Below the pieces are notes generated by a model, which saw nothing but the letters and a program-made list of their open reading frames with translations, was not told the DNA's origin and searched no databases. From a virus, in IMG/VR virus record IMGVR_UViG_3300031087_000003: 48,758 nucleotides of DNA. One strand, written 5' to 3'. A program made the position numbers and the translations under genes. The first letter of the stretch is position 1; each line of letters opens with the position of its first letter. Of this stretch, positions 16,154 to 25,366 are shown one piece after another.

Positions 16154-16614
16154 TCGACATCCTTATCAGTGCTGGAATTTACTTCAGCTGGCGTTGGCTT
16201 GATGTATTCCGCATAAGCCAGTACATCAAGGTCTGACTTGGTGTAGTAATAATCGAAATCAGGATGCGAGCAGAGGTCATGCCAGCCGACCGGCCAGTAT
16301 GGCTCGCCATCTGGCGTATACATCTCGCAATCGTCCGATTCTTCATCAGGTTCTGGGCAATTGAAGAAGGTCAGGTCAGTCACGTGAACACTGCCAGCTT
16401 TCAGACGATGCGTTACCCAATACCGCTTGCTGGCGCCTTCAGGTATAGCCGGTTCTCCGGTGTGCCATATAGCAATTACGTGCTCCGCATCCAGCTTTTG
16501 CTGCAGGGCGGCGTAGTCATCGTATGCCACAAACTCGCCACCAGATTCCTCATGCATTTCCATGCTTGGCTCATAACGTTTTACTTCACTCATCTCACTA
16601 CACTCCTCACTCAT
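16150..16614 (-). CDS. Highly acidic hypothetical protein (154 aa)
   Basis: By my count about 35 Asp/Glu versus about 10 Lys/Arg. First gene after the promoter at 16628-16656. Confidence 0.6.
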   Translation of the reverse strand: MSEECSEMSEVKRYEPSMEMHEESGGEFVAYDDYAALQQKLDAEHVIAIWHTGEPAIPEGASKRYWVTHRLKAGSVHVTDLTFFNCPEPDEESDDCEMYTPDGEPYWPVGWHDLCSHPDFDYYYTKSDLDVLAYAEYIKPTPAEVNSSTDKDVE

Positions 16615-16627
16615 TTAATGTACCACT

Positions 16628-16656
16628 ACCCTACCCCACTCTGACGCACTCGTCAA
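16628..16656 (-). promoter_or_regulatory. Promoter-operator (leftward), member of the 50-bp repeat family
   Basis: Minus strand reads TTGACG-agtg-CGTCAG-agtgggg-TAGGGT. Confidence 0.6.
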
Positions 16657-16719
16657 CTACTATCCACACTCTTCACATTGTGCTATCCTTAACCGGTTAT
16701 CAACATGAGGAAACTACAA

Positions 16720-17052
16720 ATGGCACAGGTTAAAGCAGGTTCACGCACTGCGCGTTCAATCACCATTAACCACGGTGAAGCGAAATATGAAATCATTCCC
16801 GGCGGCGACAGCTCCCAATTTGTGGAAGTACCGGATGAAGCGGTTAAACAGAAATTTGTTCAACACCTGATTGACAACGGTGACCTGATTGTTAAAGGTT
16901 ATTCCGAACCTGTCAAAGGTGAAGATGACGAAGAAGATGAGAAGCTGGTTAACGCTCGTAAAGAAGCTGAGTCAATGGGTATCAAAATTGACAAACGCTG
17001 GAAGCTTGACCGCCTTCAGAAAGAAATCGACGAAGCTAAGGCACCTGAGTAA
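16720..17052 (+). CDS. Structural-module protein with a Rho_N/SAP-like C-terminus
   Basis: GAGGAA SD before the Met at 16720. Acidic linker, then KIDKRWKLDRLQKEI. Confidence 0.55.
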   Translation: MAQVKAGSRTARSITINHGEAKYEIIPGGDSSQFVEVPDEAVKQKFVQHLIDNGDLIVKGYSEPVKGEDDEEDEKLVNARKEAESMGIKIDKRWKLDRLQKEIDEAKAPE

Positions 17053-17068
17053 TACCGAGGAGTAGAAC

Positions 17069-17485
17069 GTGGTTATTGACGCATTTCTTATTGCATCGTT
17101 CCGTATGTCGCCACTTGGTGCTGCTTTCACAGATACTGCGAAGTATCCGGATAGTCTTGTCCAGTGGGCTCTCTGTGAAGCTGACACTGAGACCGGTGGT
17201 CGCGGATGGGGTGCATATGAGAATGAATGTCACAACATGAAGCAGCGTGGGATGTGGTTATACGCTGCGGGGTGGTTAACCACGTTCTATCCCGATGGTA
17301 TTGATGGTGGTGTATCGGGCGATGCACGTCTGAACGTATCCAGCAAATCTGTAGGTGATGAATCAATCACCTACCGTGTAGCACAAATGGTCGATGCTGG
17401 TACAGACTTCCTCACCTACACAGCTTACGGGCAGGCTTTCTTCCGTCTCAGAAAACGAGCCGGAATGGGTGCTAGAGCAGTGTGA
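17069..17485 (+). CDS. Head-tail adaptor candidate (DUF4054-like)
   Basis: GTG start with GAGGAG SD. Lies after the capsid genes. Family name is from memory. Confidence 0.5.
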   Translation: MVIDAFLIASFRMSPLGAAFTDTAKYPDSLVQWALCEADTETGGRGWGAYENECHNMKQRGMWLYAAGWLTTFYPDGIDGGVSGDARLNVSSKSVGDESITYRVAQMVDAGTDFLTYTAYGQAFFRLRKRAGMGARAV

Positions 17486-18062
17486 CGCCGGGGATTTTAC
17501 CGGCTGCGATGGCGTCGTAAATTAATTCAGCCTCATCCTTGGTGATATATGTTCCAATAGCATCTTCATTTCCAATCGCGGTGATGAACCTATCCCGCTT
17601 ACGTTCTGCTTCGGTGCGCGCCGCGTAAAAGGAAGAATCTTTAATAGAAATCATAAACTCTTCGTAGTCTTCACCCAGTGGTTCACCCTTCCAAGCAAAA
17701 ACCATATCAAAGCCTACACCGAGACAGGTTGCGGCTGTTCTGTGGGAACCATATTCAAATTTACAACCAACCGGCGGCAAACCTTCACCATTCCACACGG
17801 GCTGCTGCAGCGCTGCTTCATATTGTTCACGTGTGATAAAACCGTCTTCCCAGTCCACTTCGGATGTAATGTGTAGAACCTTCCATTCATCACATAAGGT
17901 ATTACCAGACGCATCAGTCCAACCACCAAAGTGACTAGTATGAGTTGGTAATTTTTCATGAGCACAAATGTTATTATTTTCATCATAACTAACAGCAGCC
18001 CATCCATTGTTCCATCCACCACGCTTTGGTAATTCCTGCACCAGTAAATCAATCAGTTTCAT
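17472..18062 (-). CDS. Hypothetical protein (196 aa); reverse-strand cassette
   Basis: Own promoter at 18096-18124. 3' end overlaps the adaptor gene by 14 nt. Confidence 0.65.
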   Translation of the reverse strand: MKLIDLLVQELPKRGGWNNGWAAVSYDENNNICAHEKLPTHTSHFGGWTDASGNTLCDEWKVLHITSEVDWEDGFITREQYEAALQQPVWNGEGLPPVGCKFEYGSHRTAATCLGVGFDMVFAWKGEPLGEDYEEFMISIKDSSFYAARTEAERKRDRFITAIGNEDAIGTYITKDEAELIYDAIAAGKIPGVTLL

Positions 18063-18095
18063 GTGTATACCCTCTCACTCAGTTAATGTCCCATT

Positions 18096-18124
18096 ACCCT
18101 ACCCCACTTTGACGCATCCGTCAA
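18096..18124 (-). promoter_or_regulatory. Promoter-operator with perfect palindrome arms, member of the 50-bp repeat family
   Basis: TTGACG-catc-CGTCAA. Minus strand continues agtgggg-TAGGGT. Confidence 0.6.
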
Positions 18125-18210
18125 TACTTTTCCACTTCATCCGATTTAATCAGCAATACTAATGTGTTATGTTCAGGCTCGGGTTAATCCAACTTATCCG
18201 AGGTGTTACA

Positions 18211-19629
18211 ATGTCACTTTCCAAATATGAGCTACTTGTTGGCTCCAGTTCCTCCGATTTGCAAACCAAAGTCAGGGCTAAACAGGCTACCGGCAGCGTG
18301 ATTATTTACGGTATGTTTTACCGTGGTACATCTTACTGTCAGGCTGTAGGTACAGGCTCACTCGATGTGGGTACACTCACAGATTACCGCATTGTTTCAT
18401 CACCTAACGTTGACACATTCTCAACAATGGTTAGCGGAATGCTCGGTGAGGTACAACCGGTTGGCACGCCAGTTGTATACAACTCCTCACTGTTTCAGGT
18501 CATGGGAAAGGTTCAACCTTTTAACATGACCGGACAGAACGGTGCTAACGGTAAAACTCCTGAGATTCAGGTTGCGGATGGCAGTATCCAGTGGAAATAC
18601 ACGACCGACACAATGTGGCAAAACTTAATCTCGCTTAATGCTTTACAGGGTGCATCTGCCGATATGCGTGTGAGCAACAGCGCTATTCAGTGGAAACGCT
18701 CAACAGATACACAGTGGACGACACTCATCGGACTTGCCGACCTTGCCGGACCAGCGGGACCTACTGGCCCACAGGGACCTACTGGCAGCACTGGTCCGCA
18801 GGGTGTAGCTGGTCCAAAAGGTGAAACGGGTCCCGCCGGCGCAACTGGCGATACAGGTCCGCAAGGTCTTCCCGGACCAATGGGACCACAGGGTAATCCG
18901 GGCAACACCGGACCACAGGGACCAGTGGGTTCTACAGGTGCAATAGGCCCTGCTGGCCCACAAGGACCGCAGGGTAACATGGGGCCACAGGGTGTTCAGG
19001 GTCCGCAAGGTGAAGTTGGTCCAACCGGTCCAAAAGGTACGACGGGTGACGCCGGACCAGCAGGTGCGAAAGGCGCTACAGGAGATACCGGACCTGTCGG
19101 ACCAAAAGGTTCAACTGGTGACACAGGTCCGGCGGGTCCAACCGGCCCTACTGGTCCAAAGGGAGACGTTGGTAGCACAGGGCCTGTTGGACCAAAAGGA
19201 GATGCGGGACCGACAGGTAACACAGGTCCAGCTAATACACTGAGTGTGGGAACAGTCACAACAGGTGCTGCTGGTAGCAATGCTGCAGCTACAATCACGG
19301 GTACGGCTCCCGCACAAACGCTCAACCTGACCATCCCGCGTGGCAACACAGGCGTGGGCGCAGTGAGCGAGACAGTCAATGGTACGGTGGTGACAGCAGG
19401 CACAGCAGTAGCAGTTACGTTTGCTAAAACTTACAGCGCTGTACCAAATGTGGTTCCGGTAATTACCGGAGATGTAAACACAATTGTCATACCGATTATC
19501 GGTACTATCACACAGACGGGTTGCAGCGTGGTTGTGGCTCGCACACGTGGAACACTTCTGTTAACAACCGGACCTATCGAAGCGGCTCCAGCTGCAACAG
19601 CGTTCCGTATTGTGGTCACGGGTAACTGA
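18211..19629 (+). CDS. Collagen-like repeat fibre protein
   Basis: GAGGTG SD before the Met at 18211. About 54 uninterrupted G-X-Y triplets, preceded by two IQWK..TDT.W..LI.L..L.G repeats. Confidence 0.8.
   Translation: MSLSKYELLVGSSSSDLQTKVRAKQATGSVIIYGMFYRGTSYCQAVGTGSLDVGTLTDYRIVSSPNVDTFSTMVSGMLGEVQPVGTPVVYNSSLFQVMGKVQPFNMTGQNGANGKTPEIQVADGSIQWKYTTDTMWQNLISLNALQGASADMRVSNSAIQWKRSTDTQWTTLIGLADLAGPAGPTGPQGPTGSTGPQGVAGPKGETGPAGATGDTGPQGLPGPMGPQGNPGNTGPQGPVGSTGAIGPAGPQGPQGNMGPQGVQGPQGEVGPTGPKGTTGDAGPAGAKGATGDTGPVGPKGSTGDTGPAGPTGPTGPKGDVGSTGPVGPKGDAGPTGNTGPANTLSVGTVTTGAAGSNAAATITGTAPAQTLNLTIPRGNTGVGAVSETVNGTVVTAGTAVAVTFAKTYSAVPNVVPVITGDVNTIVIPIIGTITQTGCSVVVARTRGTLLLTTGPIEAAPAATAFRIVVTGN
18748..19233 (+). 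repeat. G-X-Y (collagen) triplet-repeat coding region
   Basis: [19 protein letters not shown]...GPTGNTGPA read from the translation. Confidence 0.9.
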
Positions 19630-19637
19630 TAAGATAA

Positions 19638-19655
19638 AGCCCCACGGATGGGGCT
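19638..19655. terminator. Hairpin at a convergent junction (bidirectional, weak U-tracts)
   Basis: AGCCCC-acggat-GGGGCT between the fibre gene and dut. Confidence 0.5.
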
Positions 19656-20103
19656 ATTTACCAGTACTCCCCATACCACCCTCACCTCTCACGGTTGCCT
19701 CAACTTCATCAACCTGCTCCAGTTTTACCTGCTCTACCGGCATCAGCATAGCCTGTGCAATCCGGTCACCCTGATTAATCTCAAAGCGTTCCAGCCAGCT
19801 ACCGGGCGACTCGTCCCGCGTGAGTTTAACCTGCACCTCACCACGGTAATCACTGTCAATTACGCCCACGCAGTTACTCAGTCGCACCGAATGTTTAAAC
19901 CCGTGACCACTGCGCGAGTAGACCAGTAACACATAACCTTCCGGGATGTCGAAAACAAGCCCCGTGGGAATCGTTACAGACGTCCCCTGATACAACTCGT
20001 GTGGTATGTCCGACACAGCGTACAAATCGAAGCACGCTGCTCCTGATGTCGCGTACGTGGGCATACGTGCGCCGGGGTGAATAAGTTTAACTCCGAGTTT
20101 CAT
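19654..20103 (-). CDS. dut: dUTP diphosphatase (trimeric dUTPase)
   Basis: Motifs AACFDL, GVIDSDYRGE and RGEGGMGSTG. Confidence 0.9.
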   Translation of the reverse strand: MKLGVKLIHPGARMPTYATSGAACFDLYAVSDIPHELYQGTSVTIPTGLVFDIPEGYVLLVYSRSGHGFKHSVRLSNCVGVIDSDYRGEVQVKLTRDESPGSWLERFEINQGDRIAQAMLMPVEQVKLEQVDEVEATVRGEGGMGSTGK

Positions 20104-20447
20104 TCTTCCGCCTTAGATAATGTAGCTAAAAGTTTTTCCAGTTCATCAGCATCTGTTTTAGATACACGTGTACGCGAAGAAACCATCGCAATAAGGCTAT
20201 CCACTGATTCACGGAATCTTTTGCGCTGCCAAACTGCGTCCATATGGTCCTTTTCATCGCGACAAATTTGATTGTATGGATATGCGTCAACACAACCATC
20301 TGACTTCCTTACACGCATAGGAATACCAGAAAGAGAGATGATTATGTATTTTCTACCATTACTGTAAACTTCAGCCGTACCACTCTGCCGATTACGTTCC
20401 ATCGGCACGAATACTTTGTCACCAGCTTTAAGACTCAACCACCACAT
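20100..20447 (-). CDS. Hypothetical protein (115 aa)
   Basis: GGAGGGTGAGG SD. ATGA coupling to dut. Confidence 0.6.
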   Translation of the reverse strand: MWWLSLKAGDKVFVPMERNRQSGTAEVYSNGRKYIIISLSGIPMRVRKSDGCVDAYPYNQICRDEKDHMDAVWQRKRFRESVDSLIAMVSSRTRVSKTDADELEKLLATLSKAEE

Positions 20448-20749
20448 ACCTCACCCTCCACTCTCATCATCTCCGCTGTAGCAGCCTCGGCTACTAACAT
20501 TTCGTTCCATTTTCTGTGAATGCGTGCAGATGGTACCGGCAGTGCTGCAGTCTTACGCAGGAATTCAACTACCGGGCGTTGCGTCATGCGTGCAGCAAGG
20601 ATGGTACAGCATTTACGCACGTTACCACCCTGCTTCTCACAGAGCTTCAGCGTGACAATCATGTCTAGTAACTCACGCACTGTCGCAACCGCTTCGGGAC
20701 GCTCCTCAACGCGTTGTGTTGCGCCGTAGGTTACGGGGAAGTAACTCAC
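20435..20749 (-). CDS. Hypothetical protein (104 aa)
   Basis: GTG start overlapping the upstream TGA. CGGAGG SD. Confidence 0.55.
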   Translation of the reverse strand: MSYFPVTYGATQRVEERPEAVATVRELLDMIVTLKLCEKQGGNVRKCCTILAARMTQRPVVEFLRKTAALPVPSARIHRKWNEMLVAEAATAEMMRVEGEVCGG

Positions 20750-20952
20750 ATGAACCTCCGCTCAAATGCCTGCCCACCGAAGTTATACGCAACACCGTTG
20801 CGCTCAGCACTCACTGTATGCCCCGTGAGTTTACCTTTACGTGTATCACCACCGTAAGCCTTACCGCCACCAGAACGCGTTACAGCTGTCACAATGACGG
20901 TAAACCCCAGCTTATCAGTGTACGCTTTTCCGACTTCTGGAATATTCTTCAT
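20746..20952 (-). CDS. Hypothetical protein (68 aa; track ORF extends to 20982)
   Basis: ACGGAG precedes the Met at 20952. Confidence 0.5.
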   Translation of the reverse strand: MKNIPEVGKAYTDKLGFTVIVTAVTRSGGGKAYGGDTRKGKLTGHTVSAERNGVAYNFGGQAFERRFM

Positions 20953-21091
20953 AGAATGGCTCCGTTTTAACCCCACACGCACGCATCAGATTGAGCGCCA
21001 GTAATTCTGCATCTTCCGGACTGAACTTCTCAGAAATGTACAAATCTTTATACAGTTCCAGATGTTCCTCAAAATCATATTGTTCGTTCAT
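20915..21091 (-). CDS. Possible 58-aa acidic protein
   Basis: Unlisted ORF MNEQYDFEEHLELYKDL... fills the 20983-21114 gap. Weak SD and a 38-nt overlap with the next gene. Confidence 0.3.
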   Translation of the reverse strand: MNEQYDFEEHLELYKDLYISEKFSPEDAELLALNLMRACGVKTEPFYEEYSRSRKSVH

Positions 21092-21114
21092 TTGTTGGTC
21101 CCCGATTGGGTAAG

Positions 21115-21408
21115 TTATTCACCAAGTGCTTTATTGATAACTGCTTGTGCTCGCAACGCATCATCTTTGTATGCTAAATAGCCATCAGCCAATAGTGCAT
21201 CGTACACCTGAACTGCTCTTTGCAGCTCACGAAGCAATTCAGGTGCCGCTGCAATGAGCTTGCCGTTAGCCAAAGTCTCAGGTTGTAATGGTTTAAATAT
21301 CTCGCACTCATCTCTGGAATCTTTAACTTCTGCGATAATCCTAGATTCCGTTTCAATCCATGCGCTATCAGCCACCCACGGCCCCGGAGTACCTTTAAAC
21401 TCTTTCAT
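21115..21408 (-). CDS. Hypothetical protein (97 aa)
   Basis: GGAG SD. NGKLIAAAPELL motif is common in small phage proteins. Confidence 0.6.
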   Translation of the reverse strand: MKEFKGTPGPWVADSAWIETESRIIAEVKDSRDECEIFKPLQPETLANGKLIAAAPELLRELQRAVQVYDALLADGYLAYKDDALRAQAVINKALGE

Positions 21409-21722
21409 ACCTTAAACTCCTGTGCCCAAAACTGCTCGTTCTCCTGACCGCCCATGTAGGCAGCAGTCAGAAAGTAGTTGCCGCGATTCCAGTACTTCTG
21501 TTCGCCTGTCTCAACCGCATCACGTGCTTCATCCTGTGCAACCTGCAGTGCCTTACGGTTGATGTGGAAGCCCTGCCAGTTGAAACGCACTTCACATGCT
21601 ACGTGTGTACGCGGCCAGAGTGTGTTACGTCCTGACCAGTGCTTATTACGCAATTCTGTTACATCACGCATAATGTAACCCCACACCAGAACAGCGAACA
21701 AACCAGTAACACGCCGTACCAT
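21405..21722 (-). CDS. Hypothetical protein (start uncertain: 21722 or 21671)
   Basis: ORF ATGA-coupled to its downstream gene. No clear SD at 21722. Confidence 0.5.
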   Translation of the reverse strand: MVRRVTGLFAVLVWGYIMRDVTELRNKHWSGRNTLWPRTHVACEVRFNWQGFHINRKALQVAQDEARDAVETGEQKYWNRGNYFLTAAYMGGQENEQFWAQEFKV

Positions 21723-21755
21723 ACTTTTTCATTTAGTGTCATTTTGAGTCCCCTA

Positions 21756-21953
21756 TTACATGAAAACAGCTATGAGAGGTGATGATTCGTCGGTACTGGA
21801 TTCTCTGACTTCAAAAGAAGAGCCGGTGAATTCGTAAAGAACTCCTTCATCTGAACGAACACATCTGTTAAAAACACCTTCTTCAATCGTGTAACGTTTA
21901 CCCAATGTAAATTCATTTTCATATTTTGAAGATACAATTAAACATTCAACCAT
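21756..21953 (-). CDS. Hypothetical protein (65 aa)
   Basis: GAGGA SD. First gene after the promoter at 21988-22016. Confidence 0.6.
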   Translation of the reverse strand: MVECLIVSSKYENEFTLGKRYTIEEGVFNRCVRSDEGVLYEFTGSSFEVRESSTDESSPLIAVFM

Positions 21954-21987
21954 CTCTCTCTAATCCTCATCATTTGCCAATGAGCTA

Positions 21988-22016
21988 AATATATATCCCA
22001 CTGACGCATTCGTCAA
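21988..22016 (-). promoter_or_regulatory. Sigma70-like promoter with palindromic operator (leftward)
   Basis: Minus strand reads TTGACG-aatg-CGTCAG-N7-TATATT. Confidence 0.65.
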
Positions 22017-22025
22017 CAACTATTT

Positions 22026-22318
22026 TACCCCGGTGTTCGGGGTACACATTTCCACATGGGAATCATCGACTTACAAACTTTTTACCAAATACCCCAGTCC
22101 TGCTACCTACTCCTCCCTGTAATCTTTATAAGTATGTATACATACATCCTATAAATACCATTCTATTACCAAGTATTATTCTTTAGGGGTATTAGGGGTA
22201 AAATATTATATATAATAAGAATATCAATAACTTATCCATACCCCACGACTTTACCCCACACCCAAATCGTTCGGGGTGGTTCGGGGTAAGTAGCGGCAAT
22301 TCTGCCCGTGTGGTATTA
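22026..22318. promoter_or_regulatory. Iteron-rich regulatory region B (homologous to 5931-6230)
   Basis: Sites at 22026, 22039, 22090, 22186, 22195, 22239, 22252, 22273 and 22283, then TAGCGGC-N17-TATTAT. Confidence 0.7.
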
Positions 22319-22338
22319 TCGCGACAGGAGGTGTACCA

Positions 22339-22842
22339 ATGGGCATTGTGATAAGAGATTTCCAGATTGCTAAGGCTGAACTTGAGCGCCATCTGCGCAG
22401 CTTCAGGGGAGGTCAGTTTGTGACGGTAGGCGTTCACGAAGATGCACCAATGCATCAGACAGATGGTGACGCTGTACCTATGGCACAGGTTGCCGCACTG
22501 AACAACTACGGAAATCCGCACAACAAGCTTAATGGTCGCCCTGCACCTGTCCCTGCCCGTCCGTTCCTCATTCCCGGCGTAGAATCTGCACAGCAGGACA
22601 TCAAGGACAGCGTGATTGAGTCTATTCAGAACGGTGCAACACTTGACCAGACGCTTAACGCTATTGGTGCATTTGCTGCTGGTGGCGTGCAGCAGTACAT
22701 GACTGACCTCAAAGAGCCACCTAACAGCGCCTACACAATCGAGCAGAAAGGGTCATCTAACCCACTCATCGATACCGGCGCGTTGCGTGCTAGCATCACG
22801 TGGAAGCTCACCAACTCTTTACCGGATGAGGGTATTTCATGA
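22339..22842 (+). CDS. Head-tail joining protein (HK97 gp10-like)
   Basis: AGGAGG SD. NPLIDTGALRASITW motif is typical of the gp10 family as recalled. Confidence 0.65.
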   Translation: MGIVIRDFQIAKAELERHLRSFRGGQFVTVGVHEDAPMHQTDGDAVPMAQVAALNNYGNPHNKLNGRPAPVPARPFLIPGVESAQQDIKDSVIESIQNGATLDQTLNAIGAFAAGGVQQYMTDLKEPPNSAYTIEQKGSSNPLIDTGALRASITWKLTNSLPDEGIS

Positions 22843-23195
22843 GCCTCAATATGACCGGACACATCGATGCGGTTTTTAAATCGGTCGATGCAACCTTCAC
22901 ATCCATTGATGGTTCATACGTTGATGGTATCTGGACACCTGTCATTGCTGCACCGGTTACCGGTTATCGCGTTAACATCCAGCCGCTGTCCGAACGTGAA
23001 ATAGATTTTCTTGAGCGCGGTGGCGAGCGCATTGTTGACCCGCGCCGCATTTACGTTAACAACGGTGACCTGAACCTGATTACGCTTGATGGTGAATGGT
23101 TCTTCCTCGGTCAGCGCTGGAAAGTGATTAAGACCGATAACCGCCCGTGGCGGAACTACTGCAAAGTTATAGTGAGTCGTTATGACCAACAGTGA
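22839..23195 (+). CDS. Neck / head-tail joining protein (unassigned)
   Basis: ATGA-coupled. Lies in the neck module. Confidence 0.5.
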   Translation: MSLNMTGHIDAVFKSVDATFTSIDGSYVDGIWTPVIAAPVTGYRVNIQPLSEREIDFLERGGERIVDPRRIYVNNGDLNLITLDGEWFFLGQRWKVIKTDNRPWRNYCKVIVSRYDQQ

Positions 23196-23715
23196 AATCT
23201 TTGCCATTCTGCGCCCTATCGTCATGACCGTAACGGGTGTGCCGGAATGTATTCTTGCGGACCCTAACGCACAGGCTCCTGCTGGTCCCTATTCCAGTGT
23301 CAGGGTGCGACAGGCTATCCGTGAGCGTGGTCAGGCGAACGTGCGTACAATTGACCTGCCGCTCACACGCGAGGTCCGCTATGACATCCGCGCTCAGATT
23401 ATCTGCGATGTGAATATTGAATTCTGGCGCGGTAACGCGATGGAGTATGCTGAGAAGCTGAAAGAGTGCCACAAGCGCCCTGACGTACCATGGCTTCTCT
23501 ACCGTAAAGGATTGGGCTGGGGTGGAACAGATGCGGTGAATAACCTCACGGCGCTGCAGTCGGCTAACTTTGAGCAACGTGCACAGATTACTGTTCGCCT
23601 ATATTACGAAGCAATCGACATTGTGGATGTGAACCGTATCGAGCAGGTTTCAGCATCTGTTGAAAGTGAAACCGGTACCGTCCTGCAATCCGTGGACGTA
23701 AACCTTTCATCGTGA
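23182..23715 (+). CDS. Tail completion / terminator-like protein
   Basis: 177 aa immediately upstream of the sheath gene. Confidence 0.5.
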   Translation: MTNSEIFAILRPIVMTVTGVPECILADPNAQAPAGPYSSVRVRQAIRERGQANVRTIDLPLTREVRYDIRAQIICDVNIEFWRGNAMEYAEKLKECHKRPDVPWLLYRKGLGWGGTDAVNNLTALQSANFEQRAQITVRLYYEAIDIVDVNRIEQVSASVESETGTVLQSVDVNLSS

Positions 23716-23757
23716 TAAAATTTTGCCCGTGTATACACAAACCACGAGGTTTTAACA

Positions 23758-24900
23758 ATGTCATATGACGTTAGCAATATCATCCAGATTACTACCCGGA
23801 TTTCTCCGGCTGGATTACTGACGGCTAATTTCGGTAGTGCGATGTTATTTGCTAAAAGCGATGACTTGCCTGTCGGGTTTGGCGTCAATACCACACGCAC
23901 TTACACGAGTGTCAATGGTCTGGCTCAGGACTTCGCCAGCACTACTGAGACTTACAAGGCTGGCGCGAAGTGGCTCGGCTCTACTCCTTCTGTCAACTCC
24001 TTGACCGTATGGGGTACAGACGAGGCAGATGCGAACGTAACCGCCACGCTGAACAAAGCGTTTGACGCTAACTGGTGGTACTGGACTTTCTTTACCGCTG
24101 ACGTACTGGCTACTCCGGCAAGCGTGCTGGCTATTGCCGCATGGGCTGAAGAGAATAACGTGATGTTCGTTAACTCTCAGACCGGTACTGCTGTGACCGC
24201 TATTCGCGACCCACAGGTTACGAACGATATCGCAACACAGCTTACCACGCTTGGCTATCGCCACGTATTCACTGTGGCACACGCCACTGATGCGTACGCA
24301 GGTTTTGCGCTTGCTAAACAGTTTGCCGTGGTTAACTACTCGGCTGACAACTCCACCATTAGCGGTGAGTTTAAAAAGTCTCCGGGCGTAGCTGCTGAAG
24401 ACCTGACTGACACCGCGTACAGCGCGATGCAGGACAGTAACAAGAAAGCGGTGTTCTACAGCAAACTCGACCTGCAGGGTGCAACAGATAGCGGTCGCTG
24501 GTTGAACACCTACACCCACTCTACCTATGGTGAGTTTATCGATGATGTCATCAACCTTGACGCATTTGTGAATTCACTGAAAGTTGGACTGTTTAACTCA
24601 CTGGCTAACCAGACAACCAAACTTCCACAGACTCCTGTTGGTCAGGCAGTATTGATTGGCGCAGCTAAGCGAGTGTGTGAGCAATACGTGCGTAACAACT
24701 ATCTTGGACCACGTGATTATATCGACCCTGACACCGGTCTGGATGCTTACACGCTGGGCTACGAGATGCTGACTCAGCCGGAAGACATTCTGGACATTTC
24801 GGATGCTGACCGCGCTGCACGCAAGGCTGCACCAATTCAGATTCGTGCGTTCCGTTCTGGCGCAATCCATTCCGTTCAGGTTTCCTGCGACATTTATTAA
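23758..24900 (+). CDS. Tail sheath protein candidate
   Basis: 380 aa, followed by a tube-sized gene, chaperone and tape measure. Baseplate genes are Mu-like, implying a contractile tail. Confidence 0.6.
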   Translation: MSYDVSNIIQITTRISPAGLLTANFGSAMLFAKSDDLPVGFGVNTTRTYTSVNGLAQDFASTTETYKAGAKWLGSTPSVNSLTVWGTDEADANVTATLNKAFDANWWYWTFFTADVLATPASVLAIAAWAEENNVMFVNSQTGTAVTAIRDPQVTNDIATQLTTLGYRHVFTVAHATDAYAGFALAKQFAVVNYSADNSTISGEFKKSPGVAAEDLTDTAYSAMQDSNKKAVFYSKLDLQGATDSGRWLNTYTHSTYGEFIDDVINLDAFVNSLKVGLFNSLANQTTKLPQTPVGQAVLIGAAKRVCEQYVRNNYLGPRDYIDPDTGLDAYTLGYEMLTQPEDILDISDADRAARKAAPIQIRAFRSGAIHSVQVSCDIY

Positions 24901-24915
24901 GGCGGAGAATTAACA

Positions 24916-25332
24916 ATGTCATTAGAGAATTTCAGCACATCAAACTCCGTCTTAACTATTAACGGTAGATTGATGCGAGATTTCGGTGAGACTGCCACGC
25001 CATACACCGATGAACCGATTGACCCGGTATCAACGTTGCGTCGTGGTCAGGGTGGCAACGCTGTGCGTCTGGACCGTATCAATCCGGGTCGCCGCGTGAA
25101 TGTCTATTTCAACCCCGGCTCAGCAGACAGTGCTTATATGCAGGGTCTGTTTAATAGCCGTGCCAATATTGAAGCCACGTGGACACAGATTGGTACGCTT
25201 GATGCAGCTGTGGGTGCAGAAGGTGTTATCGTTAATGATGGTACGCGTGGGCGTGCTGGTACAACTATCAGTGATGACCAGTTCATTATTGAGTTTAATA
25301 GTTGGACTGGTACAAGAGGTCAAGTAGCGTAA
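24916..25332 (+). CDS. Tail tube protein candidate
   Basis: 138 aa after the sheath gene, with a terminator downstream. Confidence 0.6.
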   Translation: MSLENFSTSNSVLTINGRLMRDFGETATPYTDEPIDPVSTLRRGQGGNAVRLDRINPGRRVNVYFNPGSADSAYMQGLFNSRANIEATWTQIGTLDAAVGAEGVIVNDGTRGRAGTTISDDQFIIEFNSWTGTRGQVA

Positions 25333-25338
25333 TTAATG

Positions 25339-25366
25339 AGGCCCCGTGAGGGGCCTTAGTTTTAAT
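25339..25366 (+). terminator. Intrinsic terminator
   Basis: AGGCCCC-gtga-GGGGCCT followed by tagtttta. Confidence 0.65.

Noticed and set aside
18687-19403. Long minus-strand and alternative-frame ORFs (18687-18980, 18700-19008, 18996-19403, 18992-19243, 19111-19317) inside the collagen-like gene
   Set aside because: They are by-products of the GC-rich G-X-Y triplet repeat, which keeps several frames open. They have no SD sites, and their Pro/Gly/Cys-rich translations mirror the repeat.
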